64,000 nt of DNA from Azolla caroliniana. Lineage: Eukaryota; Plantae; Polypodiophyta. This document shows positions 12,501-24,128 of the stretch, in pieces. The DNA is taken from the NCBI GenBank assembly GCA_043228905.1, contig JBHGNT010000004.1:15810001-15874000 (forward strand), in the 5' to 3' direction. The notes beneath the pieces are model-generated. The model made no database searches, was not told where the DNA came from, and saw only the letters and a program-made list of their open reading frames with translations. The translations under genes were made by a program, and so were the position numbers. How positions within the stretch are numbered: position 1 is the stretch's first letter; every line of letters starts with the position of its first letter.

Positions 12501-14893
12501 GCGACAGTACTCCTGGAACTGCCCTCGGTATTCCCCTCCGTTATCCGCTCGTATCGCTTTCAGCTTCTTGCCGGATTCCCTTTCCACTCTCGCGTGGAGT
12601 TCTTTGAAGACGGACAACACTTGGTCCTTTGTCTTCATCGGTGCCGTCCACAGTTTTCGGCTATGATCATCGATGAATGTTACGAAGTACTGGGCTCCGC
12701 CATGTGACTTCGTCTCTACCTGACACACGTCAGTGTGCACCAACTCCAATGGTGCGCTACGTCTCGTCGGTGGCCTTGAGTGGAAGGAGGTTCGGTTCTG
12801 CTTACCGGCCAGGCAATCGGTGCACTTCTCCAGGTGCACGTGCTTCACTGGGATGAGGTTGTCTTCTGCAAGCCTCTTCATCCCCTTCTCACTCATGTGG
12901 CACAGTCTTTTGTGCCACAGCTCACCGGCAGTGTCGGCTGCCACATTCAGCTCTTCCGGACATAACCGGGCATTCATCAGGTACAGTGTGTTGACCTTCC
13001 GGGCCCGAGCCACTATCAGGCTCCCCTTGCTGAACTTCATGACACCGTTCCGGATGCTACCCGTGTAGCCTTCATCATCTAGCCTCCCGGCCGAGATCAG
13101 GTTCAATCGGACCTCCGGAACGTGTCGGACATCTTTCAGCAGCATTTTGCATCCGGTCGGGGTTGTCAACCACACGTCTCCTATGCCGGCAATCCGGCAC
13201 GTACCTTCATTTCCCATCCGAACACAGCCATGCTCACCGGCTGTGTAGGATGAGAAGTATCTTCTCTCCGGGGTCAGGTGGAACGATGCTCCGGAATCGA
13301 CCACCCAGGTCGTCTCATCGCCGGCAACGTTTAGCTCACCTTCTTCGGTGATGAGCATGATTTCTTCCTCACTTGCCGCGAGTGCCGTTGTTCCTTTCCG
13401 GTCCTGCCCTCGCCGATCCGAACCTCTCCGGTCCGTGGCTCCCCGGTATGCACCGTTTCTCTCCGGTGACTTCTTCGAGTCGGTGTCGTCGGCTCCGTTG
13501 TCTTTTCGGTAATGCCGACAGTTCTTCCGGAAGTGCCCCGGCTTCCCACAGTGGAAGCATGTTGGCCTTCCTCTTGACTGCGACCGGGTCCCCGACTTCT
13601 CCCGTCTTTGCGGACTCCGGTTCCACTGTCTTCCCCGATCCGATTCGGTAAACAGCATCTTCGGGTCGGAGGCCGGTTCCTTATCTCTCCGACGCGCTTC
13701 TTCATTCAGAATACTTGTCTTTACCGTTTGTAAGGACAAGTTATCTTCGGTGCACGAGGTGCTGAGAGTCACCACCAAGTTCTCCCAGCTTTCCGGCAAT
13801 GTACACATCAGGATGATGGCTTGCATTGCATCCTCCAGCGGGAACTTGATCGCCGCAAGCTGATTCACGAATCCCATGAACGTGCTTACGTGTTCTACCA
13901 TACTCTCGCCGTCCCGGTACTTGAGATTCACTATCTTCCTCATCAGGGAGGTCCGGTTCAACGCATTCTTCCTCTCATAGAGGCCCGACAGCTTCTTCCA
14001 CATCTCGTATGCGTTGGTGTCGTTCGCCACATGTTGTAGGACGCTTACATCGACGTATTGTCGGATCGTCGCTACGGCTTTCCGGTTCAGGAGCTTCCAC
14101 TCCGACTCAAGTACCCCTTTCGGTATTTCCGACCTGTCAATCGGTTCGTACAGGTCCCGAACAATCAGAAGATCCTCCATCTTGATCTTCCAGTCGGCGT
14201 AATTCTGTGCATTCAGCACCATCATCATCGGCTGCCCGCTGCCGCCGCCTTCCATTTTCTGCAACAGTCGCTCTGATACCAGTTTGTTGGGAATCAACGC
14301 TTGGATTCACCTTCACCACTCGGCCACAACCGATTAATCGCGGATCAATGTAGCAGAAAATAGGAAATACAGAGAAAGACGCGATACACAGGGATTAACG
14401 TGGAAAACCCTATACGGGAAAAACCACGGGAGTGCGAGACTCCGAACCAAACTATGCACAGAGAAATATACAATGACGAGCTGCAAGGCAACGACCTTGA
14501 GCTCGCTGTCCTCGCCACAGGCGGCAGAAATACACAGAGGCGTCTACCTCTTCCTCTCTCGCGCTCTATCTCTCTCTCTCTCTCTCACGGCTGCTCCCTC
14601 TTCACTCCTCTTGAGTGGAAAAACAGAAAAATAATGAGCAACAGAAAAACTGTTTGCCCTAAGTCATATTTATACTTATATGACTTTGGGCTATTTACAA
14701 CTATAGCCTCAGGGGGCTCGTAGCGAACATATTCACGGATATGTCCCTGCATCCGGATCGCTCTTCGGGTACATTCGTCATCCGGCACCGAAGCCGGGGT
14801 CTTCGTCATCCGGATCCGAAACCGAAACCGGGCTTGTCGGCATTCATCTCCGATATCCGACCATCCCATCCGAAAGGGACCGTAATCCCAACA
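9560..14893 (-). mobile_element. Young full-length Ty1/copia element (Tnt1/Tork-like)
   Basis: 609-bp LTRs (9560-10168, 14285-14893) with one mismatch seen (9801/14526). TSD CGTAT. PBS TGGTATCAGAGC at 14270-14281, PPT at 10169-10180. Single open polyprotein. Confidence 0.99.
10179..14255 (-). CDS. Copia Gag-Pol polyprotein (1358 aa from the first ATG after the PBS)
   Basis: CFHCGKPGHFRKNC, VVDSGAS, HTDV/ADNGGE/AERMN integrase DDE, LLYVDD, RNase H. No internal stops. Confidence 0.97.
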   Translation of the reverse strand: MEGGGSGQPMMMVLNAQNYADWKIKMEDLLIVRDLYEPIDRSEIPKGVLESEWKLLNRKAVATIRQYVDVSVLQHVANDTNAYEMWKKLSGLYERKNALNRTSLMRKIVNLKYRDGESMVEHVSTFMGFVNQLAAIKFPLEDAMQAIILMCTLPESWENLVVTLSTSCTEDNLSLQTVKTSILNEEARRRDKEPASDPKMLFTESDRGRQWNRSPQRREKSGTRSQSRGRPTCFHCGKPGHFRKNCRHYRKDNGADDTDSKKSPERNGAYRGATDRRGSDRRGQDRKGTTALAASEEEIMLITEEGELNVAGDETTWVVDSGASFHLTPERRYFSSYTAGEHGCVRMGNEGTCRIAGIGDVWLTTPTGCKMLLKDVRHVPEVRLNLISAGRLDDEGYTGSIRNGVMKFSKGSLIVARARKVNTLYLMNARLCPEELNVAADTAGELWHKRLCHMSEKGMKRLAEDNLIPVKHVHLEKCTDCLAGKQNRTSFHSRPPTRRSAPLELVHTDVCQVETKSHGGAQYFVTFIDDHSRKLWTAPMKTKDQVLSVFKELHARVERESGKKLKAIRADNGGEYRGQFQEYCRSKGIRLEFTVPKTPELNGLAERMNRTIMERVRSMLAHAKLPKGFWAEAMSTATYVINRSPSVPLDGDTPQRVWTGKEVSYRHLKVFGCLAYVHVAKDRRGKLDPKTRPCIFLGYGDDEFGYRVWDPVDKKIFRSRDIIFMENKTLADWESEKKMKSSKSIGEDQLYEEQSRPARDRLALEDPAEDGEETEPAEEDENDTGTGPDPEMDSDEEEESEEPVTEAPERRYPLRERRAPRRFPEPEHVLLTDEGEPESFEEAKHDTQSRRWLSAMQDEMDSLHENHTYELVELPKGKRALRNKWVFKLKPGDAGNPPRYKARIVVKGFQQKKGVDFDEILAPVVKMTSIRTVLSIAASMDLEVEQMDVKTAFLHGDLEEEIYMQQPEGFEKKGKEHLVCRLKKSLYGLKQAPRQWYRKFDSFMTDEGYLKTQSDHCVFVKKFEGGDSLILLLYVDDMLIVGRDQVKIRMLKKALHRTFSMKDLGPARQILGMHIIRDRSKKQLWLSQEKYVTKVLQRFNMSEARPVGSTLPANCKLSSKQSPKTKAEKEDMMKVPYASAVGSLMYAMVCTRPDIGYAVGVVSRYMSNPGKEHWNAAKWILRYLKGTANVCLRFGSGKPELEGFTDSDMSADADTSRSTSGYVMTYAGGAVSWQSRLQKTVALSTTEAKYMAAVEAGKEIIWMKDFIRELGIRQEEYRLYCDSQSAIHLAKNAAYHSRTKHIQRRYHWIRERIEDKEFVLTKIHTDENGSDMLTKVLTPDKLEACRKRVGLERHPMPK

Positions 14894-15559
14894 CGTATGT
14901 ACATTAAAAAAAAAATGTATGTATTTGTATGTATGCGGACGACTCGAACGGTTAAAACCGATCAAGACGGCAAGACGGATGCCGACGCGTGATCACCTAC
15001 GCACACAGGGGAGCAAGACGGAGATTCTGTCAGAAGCACACGGGCGTTCCACGGGACAGAATCAGCCTCCTGAGAACCTACACAAAAGAAAGCTATGGAG
15101 AACGACAGAGAAGAAGAACTCGGTCCCAGTCCGACAACACTTCATCCCCTCTCCCGCGATACCTTCTCTCCCCGTCTCCCTCTCTTTTATAGCTCAAGGA
15201 GGGAGGCCGTTTCCCCCGTTTACATCACATTAACTCTCTGTCCTTTCGGACAGAGATACTCCTCGATTCTCCCTATAGAATATTGCTACCTAGGATTCGA
15301 CTTCTGTGCCTACCTATCTACTATACAATAAGGAGCGTGCCCACGTGTAAGGGCTGGTTCACACGCGCTATACACGGTTTGCACCTGGGGACGGGTTTCT
15401 TCACGACATCCGCCCCCACCTAACCGCGCATCCACCGGTATGCGCTAAAATTGGGTTCCTACTGGAGAGAACCAGTCGTTGCTTTTATTCCTCGTTTACC
15501 GGTTCGTCCTCCGCCTCGGGCTGCTCGTCGTTGTTGTCCATGCCCCCTAGCTCCGGCTC

Positions 15560-18500
15560 ACCGTCGTGTCGTTTCTTGAACGCTTTGATCCTCTTCCCCG
15601 CTACCGGTGTCGCCATTCTCGTACCGTCGAGCTTCGCGAGATGGTACGTCCCATTGTCGTTGTCGAACCGGGCTTTGTTCCTTATCCTCGCTACCCGAAG
15701 TTTCTCCGCGGCTCGCTCTACGTCCTTCAGCCTCCGCTCGAGCTATTGAATCCGCGCCGCCAACAGTTCCTCCCGGCTCATCGCATCTCTCCAGTCCACC
15801 GTGGCCCATGAGGAGATCGTTCGCTCTATTGGCATGATCGACTTCTGTCCGAACATAAGCTCGGCCGGCATGAACCCGGTTACCGAACTGTGCGTAGTCT
15901 GGTCCGCCCACAAGGCATAAGGTAGCAGCCGTGGCCAATTCCCGACTTGGACTCCGCACGCCCGTACTAGCGCTTTGACAATTGGCCTGTGTCCGCGCTC
16001 CACCTTCCCGTTTGCCTCCGGATTGTACGTTGTGGTGAGCGAAAGTTTGACTCCTAGCCGGTCGAACAGCTCTTCGGCCTCTTCTGCGTCCAACTCACCA
16101 CGGTCAGCCACGATCTTCCCTACGCACTCGTAAATCTCATCCCTCCAGTCCACCGTGGCCCACGAGAAGATCGTTCGCTCTGTTGGCATGATCGGCTTCT
16201 GTCCGAACATAAGCTCGGCCGGCATGAACCCGGTTACCAAACTGTGTGTAGTCGGGTCCGCCCACAAGGCATAAAGTAGCAGCCGTGGCCAAATCCCGAC
16301 TTGGCCTCCGCACGCCCGTACTAGCGCTTTGACAATTGGCCCGTGTCCGCGCTCCACCTTCCCGTTTGCCTCCGGATTGTACACTGTGGTGAGCGAAAGT
16401 TTGACTCCTAGCCGGTCGAACAGCTCTTCGGCCTCTTCTGCGTCCAACTCACCACGGTCAGCCACGATCTTCCCTACGCACTCGTATCGGCATACCACGT
16501 CCTCAATCAAAAACCAGCATACGGCTGTAGTCGCCTTGTTCTGGAGAGCTCGGCCTTCAACCTGGTTCGTCACCAGATACCGCATCTGCCCTACCCCCAT
16601 TGGCATTGTCACCAAATCCACCATCCACTTGGCCTCATCCGTTGTCCATGCCGCGTCCGGTGTCATTGTTTTCAGGAACCCGCCGATCTGCAGCCACTCC
16701 CCGTTGTACTCGCTCTCGTCGAAATCATTAAGCGTTGGAGTGCATTCCCTGCCGGTTGTTACGTGAGCCGCCACGTAGAAGTCCACGCCGACTTCCTCGT
16801 CCTCCGAAACCATGCCGCCCTCGTTTTCGAACCTCACCCTTGAAAGTATGTCCGCCATGGCATTGTCTTTCCCGGAAATGTGTCGTATTTCCGGATTCAG
16901 GGACTTGATGTACGCTATCCACCTGAGCATTGCCAGGTCTGGCGTCACGCGTCCGGAAACCATGCCAAGAATTGGCAGGCAGTCCGTCTCGATAATTACC
17001 TCCGCCCCGATCAGGTAGTCTTTATCGGCCTTTACCGCCGAAACGATACCCCAGAGCTCGCGTTTAACCTGGGCGTATCCTCGTTGTCGCTCGCTAAGGA
17101 CCTTCGCGCCGAACCGGATCGGGAAATGCATGCCGTCCTCGTCCTCTTGGTTGACAACCCATCCGATCCCGGTCGGACTCGTGTCTATCGTTACGTAAAT
17201 TGGAGTGTCCTTTCCGTAGACAGCCTTCCGGAGTGCCAGAGCTGCGGCAAGTGCTTCCTTCATCTTTCGGACAGACTCCATATGCTCGTCTCTCCACTCG
17301 AATTTTCGCCCTTTTTTCAGCAACCCATATAACGGCTCCGCGACGTGAGCGTAATGTGGGATCCATATGTGGTAGAACGCGCACGCTCCCAAGAACCTCC
17401 GAACCTCCGTGACCGAGCTACAGTCGTCCTTCATCACGGAGATGGCTTCTACCTTAGCTGGAGACGGTTTCCGGCCGTACAACCCGCATAGGTGTCCGAC
17501 GACCATGATCTCTGATTGCCCGAAGGCCGATTTTCCCCCGGAGAAGGTGAGCCTCGCGCCCTCCAACCTCTGCAGCACCTTCTCGCAGTCATCGATGTGC
17601 GTCGCCACGAATTTCCGGAACCCATCCGGTCCGATCGTCTCGTCCTTTTCCTCCACCGGGCATCCCTTGATTGGGACGTCGTCCAGAAACGGCATGGTGA
17701 TGTCCGGGATACAATCCCTCAGCACCTTGTTCATTGCGTTCACCATGTGAGCCACCGAGTTCGTCCCTCCTTGTGGTAGGGTACACATCCGTACTAGGCC
17801 GAGAGGAGTTTGCATTGTCGTGATGTCTCTGCTCTCTATGGCTAGCTGGAACTGATCGTACCCCGAGTAGAGATCACCGACCGAATAAATCGACCTTCCG
17901 GCGAAGGCCTCCGCGAACTCGTCTATTGTCAGTCCGATTCCTGCATTTCGAATGGTCACCTTGTTGACCGGCTGCAGGTCTTGAATAAAGCGCAACGTGC
18001 CGTCCTTCTTCGGCACGGTAAACCACTGATTCGAGTATGGGGCACTTGATGGTTCGAGGATGCCCATCTCGACCTTCTGCTTTAACAGCTCCATCAGCCT
18101 CGGGATGTGAGCTCTGGGTACTGGAATCGGTTTGAGACTCCACAGCACATGCGGTACCATGAATATCACCATCGGTTCCACGACTGTCGGGTCTACGCAC
18201 CCGATCTCCTCCCGTGAGAATGTGAAAGCCTTCTCGTGGCTTCCGAGCATTCCCCGAAAACGGTCCTCTTCCACCAGCAGTAGGAAGCCGCCCCCACCGA
18301 TTTTGAGCTCGCGTAGCGTTATGTCGGTGAACGTGTGTCCTATGCGGGCCAGATTTCGTAAACTCGGGTTCGACGCAACCCCCTTTATTCGCAACTCGCT
18401 GCCCTCCGACAAGGGAGCCGCGACTGGCCTCACCTTCCAGTCCACCGTCTTGTATTTCGTATCCATGCGGGCCGTCCGATCCGACCCGATCCTTTCCCCG

Positions 18501-18853
18501 AAGTCTACAATGACTTCGTACATTCCTATCGACCCCACCGGAACGGTCCGATCTTCTCTAAGGTCTTCACCGATCACCTTTCGTAGTTCGCCCAAGGTAT
18601 CGTCAAAAGGGACCGCCTCCACGGCGCCGCTGATGCCCTCGTCGGGGAAGAGGAATCCGCATCCCCTGAGCCGCTCCTCCGCTCGCTTCCTCTCCCTGCC
18701 GCTGACGCTGGTTATAGTACAACCTCCGTTGTCGGAGAACCAAAATTTCCTACCTATGGTACAGGTCTTCTTCGCTATCGTACACTTGTGGGGTTTTCCC
18801 GGAGTGTCCGGACTATCGCGGCCCCACACCTTGATAGCCCTCTCTAAAAATCC
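15560..18853 (-). pseudogene. Gypsy pol (RT-RNase H-integrase) with an internal deletion and a duplication in the integrase
   Basis: FIQDLQPVN, GDLYSGYDQ, FLDD, DTSPTGIG, IETDC, ADRGELD...NGKVER. A block of about 360 bp of integrase core is duplicated. The integrase Zn-finger region present in the paralogue at about 47100-47400 is missing. Confidence 0.92.
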
Positions 18854-20970
18854 TCTCGGCTTTCGCCCCCGAGGGTCTCGCGGTTCCACTCATGGTTTGG
18901 TCTCACCGTCAGGAACTGGACCGAGTGACGCCCATCCTGGCTCTTGACCCTTGCATGGGCCGAGCCGTTGTCCAGCACCTTGGTCTCCATCCGTGCTGCC
19001 GTGATGTACGGTTCTCCTAGTATAACCGGATGGGAGGATGTCTCATGCACAAAGAAGTGCTGGTCCATATCGACATCGCCGATCTTTACTCGTACATTCG
19101 GGTAGACTCCATTTAGTTCTTCGGTGGCACGCGTCACTGCCCGTATTTTCCACCCGTGCTTGGTGTTGATCGGCCATTTCCCCTTCTTGTAGAAGTCCAT
19201 GGACATCAAATTGATTTTTGAACCGTGGTCCACCAACGCCACCACTGGTTCATGAACATCTCCAATCTTCACGGGGGTCTCCGTGGTCGCTCTAGCCCAG
19301 TGCGGCCTCGAATAGTGGCTCTCCGCCAACTCGTCTTCCAGAGCCATGTCCTCTATGTGCGTCGTCCGCACCTCCACCGGCTTCTCTGGTTCTGTCTCTG
19401 TCGACAGCCTCTTCCTTTTCACCAAGTCCACGATGGAGTCGTGGAACTCCTTCTTCGCGATCCCAAGCACTTCCCTCAGCGACAGTTCCACCTTGCTATC
19501 GAGGATTCGTTCTTCCAGGACCTTTCGCAAGTCCGTGGATCTTTCGATTTTTGTGCCCAGCCGATACCCACCTTTCTTGGGATTATCCTGGGCGCCGGTT
19601 ACACCGGCCTCATTCCGCCTTTGCCCAAATCGAGTTTCATATCGTTGCGAGGATCCGGCCCCTCCCGTTTTTCCTACCCGCTTGTCCTCCACTAGGGCCT
19701 CGTAGTTTTGACAAGCGGCTTCGACGAAGCCCGTCTTTTCTTCCACCGGGTCACTCCACCCGGTTACCTCCCGGACCCGTTTTTCCGCGCGGTCTGCCTC
19801 TTCTTTCCTTAGTCGTGCGCTGGCGAGGCCTTCTAGCATCGTCGGCCAGAACCCGGCTTTGTTCTTCTTCGGGGCCTCGCTACCTCCGACCCGAATACTA
19901 GCTGACACCGAGTAGTGGACGGTCTCCACGTGACGAGCCGCCACCTCCTCCATTAGCCTTTTCATACCTCCTCGCCCGACGTTCAGGTCCAGGGGCCTTT
20001 GGGTCTCGCTGGCGTGCACTCGACCGTTCCACAGGTACACTACATTGCTTCTCATCACCTCGGCGAAGTCCCCGCAGTCCTTCCAGATGTGGCCAACCGT
20101 GTCACACCACATGCACCTGTTTCCAGCAAGAGGTCGTCGGTCACGAGCCTGTTCGCCACTGTCCCTCTATGCCTGGGTGATCTGGAGATCCTTTACCATC
20201 TGCGTCAGTTCCTCCAGGGTTGCTTCCCCGGGCGAGCCCTTGACCATGCCTGTCGAAGCCGATCTGGTCTCGAGCCAATCTCGGGTCTCTTCCCTTCGCG
20301 TTGGTGATGTTGGTTCGAGCTTCCTTGCTGCGACAGAGCCCGCCCCTATCGATCCTTTGTCAACCCATTCCCACCGTTTGTGGAAACGGCCACAGACCCT
20401 CTTCACCACAGCCCAGTCGGCCGTCAGCCCGTCATCAGTCTCCAATAGGAGGCCTACTTGCTCCCGATCCCGCTTGTCAACTGATTTAACAAACAATAGG
20501 ACATGACTTGTGTCCAGAATGGTTCGGTCAAGCACTGAGAGGCGCGCGAAGCGTTCCTCAAACTCCCGGAGGAGCACCGACACATTCTTTCCTTTGTCGG
20601 GGGTCTCCACCCAATCCATGAAGTCCCGCTTCGAAAGTCGAAGCGCATCTTCAAGCCCGTATTTTTCGAGGAGCCGACCTTCGAACTCCTCCCAGGTCCG
20701 GCTCTCGGCTCGTACCTCGAGCACCTCCGTATGGATGCCCGGTATCGCCACTCAGGGGAATCCGGCTAGGCGCCTCTCTTCCGGAATGTCTCTCATTACC
20801 ATCTCAGCCCGGTAGGACGCCAAGTAGCTCGTGGCATCCTTCCCACTAAACCAGCCGATCGTACCGAGAACCGCCTCGATAGCCCTATCAAGGGCGCCGG
20901 TGCCTTCGCGCGCACTCACTATACGGTCCACAGCCGAAGCCATGGCTTCTGCGAGGTCCGACCCCCTCAT
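18844..20970 (-). pseudogene. Gypsy gag-protease ORF (interrupted by stops)
   Basis: Collinear ORF pieces 20752-20970, 20167-20751 and 18844-20112. CMWCDTVGHIWKDC knuckle and ALVDHGS protease motif. Confidence 0.9.
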
Positions 20971-20991
20971 CTTCTATTCCTCTGCCGCCTG

Positions 20992-21009
20992 TTCACGTCG
21001 GGTTCACCA
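20992..21009 (-). promoter_or_regulatory. Primer-binding site, tRNA-Trp
   Basis: TGGTGAACCCGACGTGAA, complementary to the plant tRNA-Trp 3' end as recalled, 4 nt from the LTR. Confidence 0.88.
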
Positions 21010-23019
21010 AAGATGTCGTGTTGCTACGCGCGTGCGTGGAGAACAAGGCGGGACCACTAGGGTCTTGGACCGACGAATAGGTGAGAAAAGAGGGAGAAAG
21101 AGAGAGACGCTCACACACGTATAGACAAAGAAGCGCACGGGGACGCGGCCCAATCAACACAGGAGACACGAGTTGATAACACTAGCGTATGTACATAAAA
21201 AAAAAATGTATGTATTGGTATGTATGTGGACGACTCAAACGGTTACAACCGATCAGGACGGCGAGACAGATGCCGGCGCCTAATCACCTACGCACACAGG
21301 GGAGCAAGACGGAGATTCTGCCGGAAGCACACGGGCGTTCCACGGGACAGAATCAGCCTCCTGAGAACCTGCGCAAAAGAAAGCTATGGAGAATGACAGA
21401 GAAGAAGAACTCAGTCCCAGTCCGACAGCACTTCGTCCCCTCTCCCGCGATACCTTCTCTCCCCATCTCCCTCTCTTTTATAGCTCAAGGAGGGAGACCG
21501 TTTCCCCCGTTTACATCACATTAACTCTCTGTCCTTTCGGACAGAGATACTCCTCGATTCTCCCTATAGAATATTGCTACCTAGGATTCGACTTCTGTGC
21601 CTACCTATTTACTATACAATAAGGAACGTGCCCACGTGTAAGGGCCGATTCACACACGCTATACACGGTTTGCGCCTGGGGACGGGTTTCTTCACGACAA
21701 CGTGGTGATGCATTAAAGCTTTGTAATGCATATACCATTAACATTAGTGAGGTGGATATCATTGTGTATGACTTTACATTGATAAAAGTTGGACGTTTAA
21801 GGAAGACAACGTTAGACATAATAGAAGAGAAATTAACAAGTCTAGAAAATGTCTGAGATTGAAGACAAACAACATTCAGTGCACACAATTTGGAGACACC
21901 ATTTGGTGAATACAATGCTTTGATTGGTACATTTGAAAATGAGGAGGAAGAGTTACAATTGTATATTAGCTATAGTAGTGATTCTCATGAAAGGATTGAT
22001 CATAATAGTTACTCTTGAATGTATATTTTGTGCAATGATATGTAACAGATTTAGGCAACATTGTATCGAATGATATAAAAAAGTTAATTGTTTTGAAATC
22101 TTTTGATTTTGATTCCTTTAAGATCTAAAAACTTTTTACTTGTCATTTTCCCTTAAAAATACACAAAGTTACTTTTCGTATTTGACCAAAATTTGGCATT
22201 TTTCATTTTACCAAATGGTGAAATTTTCAACTATTTCATCAAGTTTTTGAGAACATATGATATTGGTATCAAGGTGTTTTGTGAAATGGCCAAAAAAGCC
22301 CCAAAATCAAATGGAATACTCCTTATCCTTCCACTTGTGCGCGATCCTTCTACTTGTGAACGTGCACATGTTTTGCATTTGCCCATTACAGGGGAGTGTC
22401 GAATACGGGTGTATAGTGGCTGTATTCACATTATTCCATCTAGACATACTAGGTTAGAACTATTTAGAATAAAGCCAAAGGGTAGTTGTCGTAGTTGTTG
22501 CCATTCTTTGTATTGTAACGTTTTGAATAAGACAATTATATCATGTGCCTCTTTGTCTCTCTCTCACATTTTGTTTCTTTGATCTTGATCTCTATCACGT
22601 TGTCTTTGATTATTCATCTATTCATCCTGATTTAATCTATCAACTTGTTCTTCAGAATATAATGTTGTTTCTGTTTCTGCACTAACGGTCGCATCTCCAA
22701 CATGTTGCACTTTGCCATCTTTAGACTTCTAACATTGGCACCTTCTCTAACTTTTCTTCAACAACGATATTTTCTTTTAGTCTCTCATAGGCCTTCTTAA
22801 TATATTCTTCTAAATCAAATATTGATCCTCATTCCTTTAACGAGCTTTTCCCCATCACATGTGCATTCTCAACGACATGTGCATTCTCTCCTTGAGTAGG
22901 AGTTCAGTTGCCTAGACTTGTTCGTGATTGACCCAACAATATGTGCATTTTCTCCTTGTCCTATTGTTGACAAGTTCATTTGACATCAGCCTAGTGTCTA
23001 ATCTCAATAGGTAGAATAT

Positions 23020-23700
23020 CATTGCCACTGATTATTGTCCAAAATGGGTAGAAGTCAAGGCATGCCAAACAAGTCATGCACGAGCAATTGTTAAATATCT
23101 AGATAAAAATGTCATAATGTGGCGTGGATTCCTTTTGGAGTTAATAAGAGCCCAAGGATCTCACTTCTTAAACAAAGTTTTTGCCCACCTTCCTAGCAAA
23201 TTCATGGTGGTTCATTAAAAAATCTACTCTACTACCCTAGGTGCAATGCGCAACCAGAGGGCTCCAACAAGGTCCTTTGTAACATCCTTACAAAATTCAT
23301 AGTTGTATCATGGTCTAGCTAGAGCATTAAACTACATAGAGTGTTTCGGGTTTTCTAGACCCATTTCAAAGTCGACAATGTACATACGCCCTTTAAACTA
23401 GTGTTCGGACAAGATGCCGTCATCCCACTTAGAAAACCTTGAATCCAATTGTAAACATTTCATGTCCTCCTTGCAATAAAAGCAAACGAAAAGGCATCAT
23501 GGCAAGACAACAAGGTTAAAGACCAAGATCCAAAAAATCTAAAAGAGGGAGACATGCTACTAAAATTCTCTCCCCAAAGACATTAAAAGTAATTCAAACT
23601 AAGGAGAGAAGGAATGTGTGTTGCTACCATTATCACCAAAACGGGAGCATGTGCATGCTAACAATACTCAACAAAATTGACCTCTGAGGATTCGTCTATG
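23020..23700 (+). pseudogene. Highly decayed gypsy integrase remnant (Athila/Tat-like)
   Basis: Residual ATDY..KWVEVKA, QGSHFLN, YYP..EGSNKVLCNILTK and TPFKLVFGQDAVIP motifs across frames. Confidence 0.6.
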
Positions 23701-24128
23701 GGCCCCTAACATTAGAATATCTTTTTACCCTAAGACAACAAAACATGCAAGAACGACTAAAGAAATCTTAAGCATGTGTTGTGTGTCCTGAAAGTGACCT
23801 TTGGAATACCTAAACTAAACTAAAATGCCAAGGTCAAACACATCCCATAGTAAGAGTAGATGTGGTCAATGCTAAACTTGAGATGCTACATTTGCCACTT
23901 AGTATTCCAGATGTCCTTTTATCAGTAGTGGTGGATACTAGTGCAACATCCACAGTGACTCTAATCTCATTTGAAACATGGGAAACCCCCAAATTTGCCT
24001 ACCTTAATGAGTGTAATGACCAATTCAAAGGATTTAACAAGTGAATTTCATATTACTTTGGAACCTTGACATGCCCAATCTATTACGAAGGCACTACGGC
24101 TCTTCTGTGTGCACAACGGATCGTGATG

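Larger units (their letters stand above)
9383..21699 (-). mobile_element. Full-length tRNA-Trp-primed Ty3/gypsy element (non-chromovirus), decayed
   Basis: 5' LTR 21014-21699. 3' LTR 9383-15408, split by a copia insertion. 4-bp TSD ACGT (9379-9382 / 21700-21703). PBS 20992-21009, PPT-like GGTGGGGGCGGA at 15409-15420. Gag-PR then RT-RH-IN order. Confidence 0.95.

Noticed and set aside
10189-14276. Numerous plus-strand ORFs over the copia polyprotein (likewise 16329-20815 and 59581-63980)
   Set aside because: Antisense shadows of GC-rich coding sequence.
21700-23000. Host gene in AT-rich stretches (also 54500-56900)
   Set aside because: No convincing exons or motifs found by eye. Small exons cannot be excluded.
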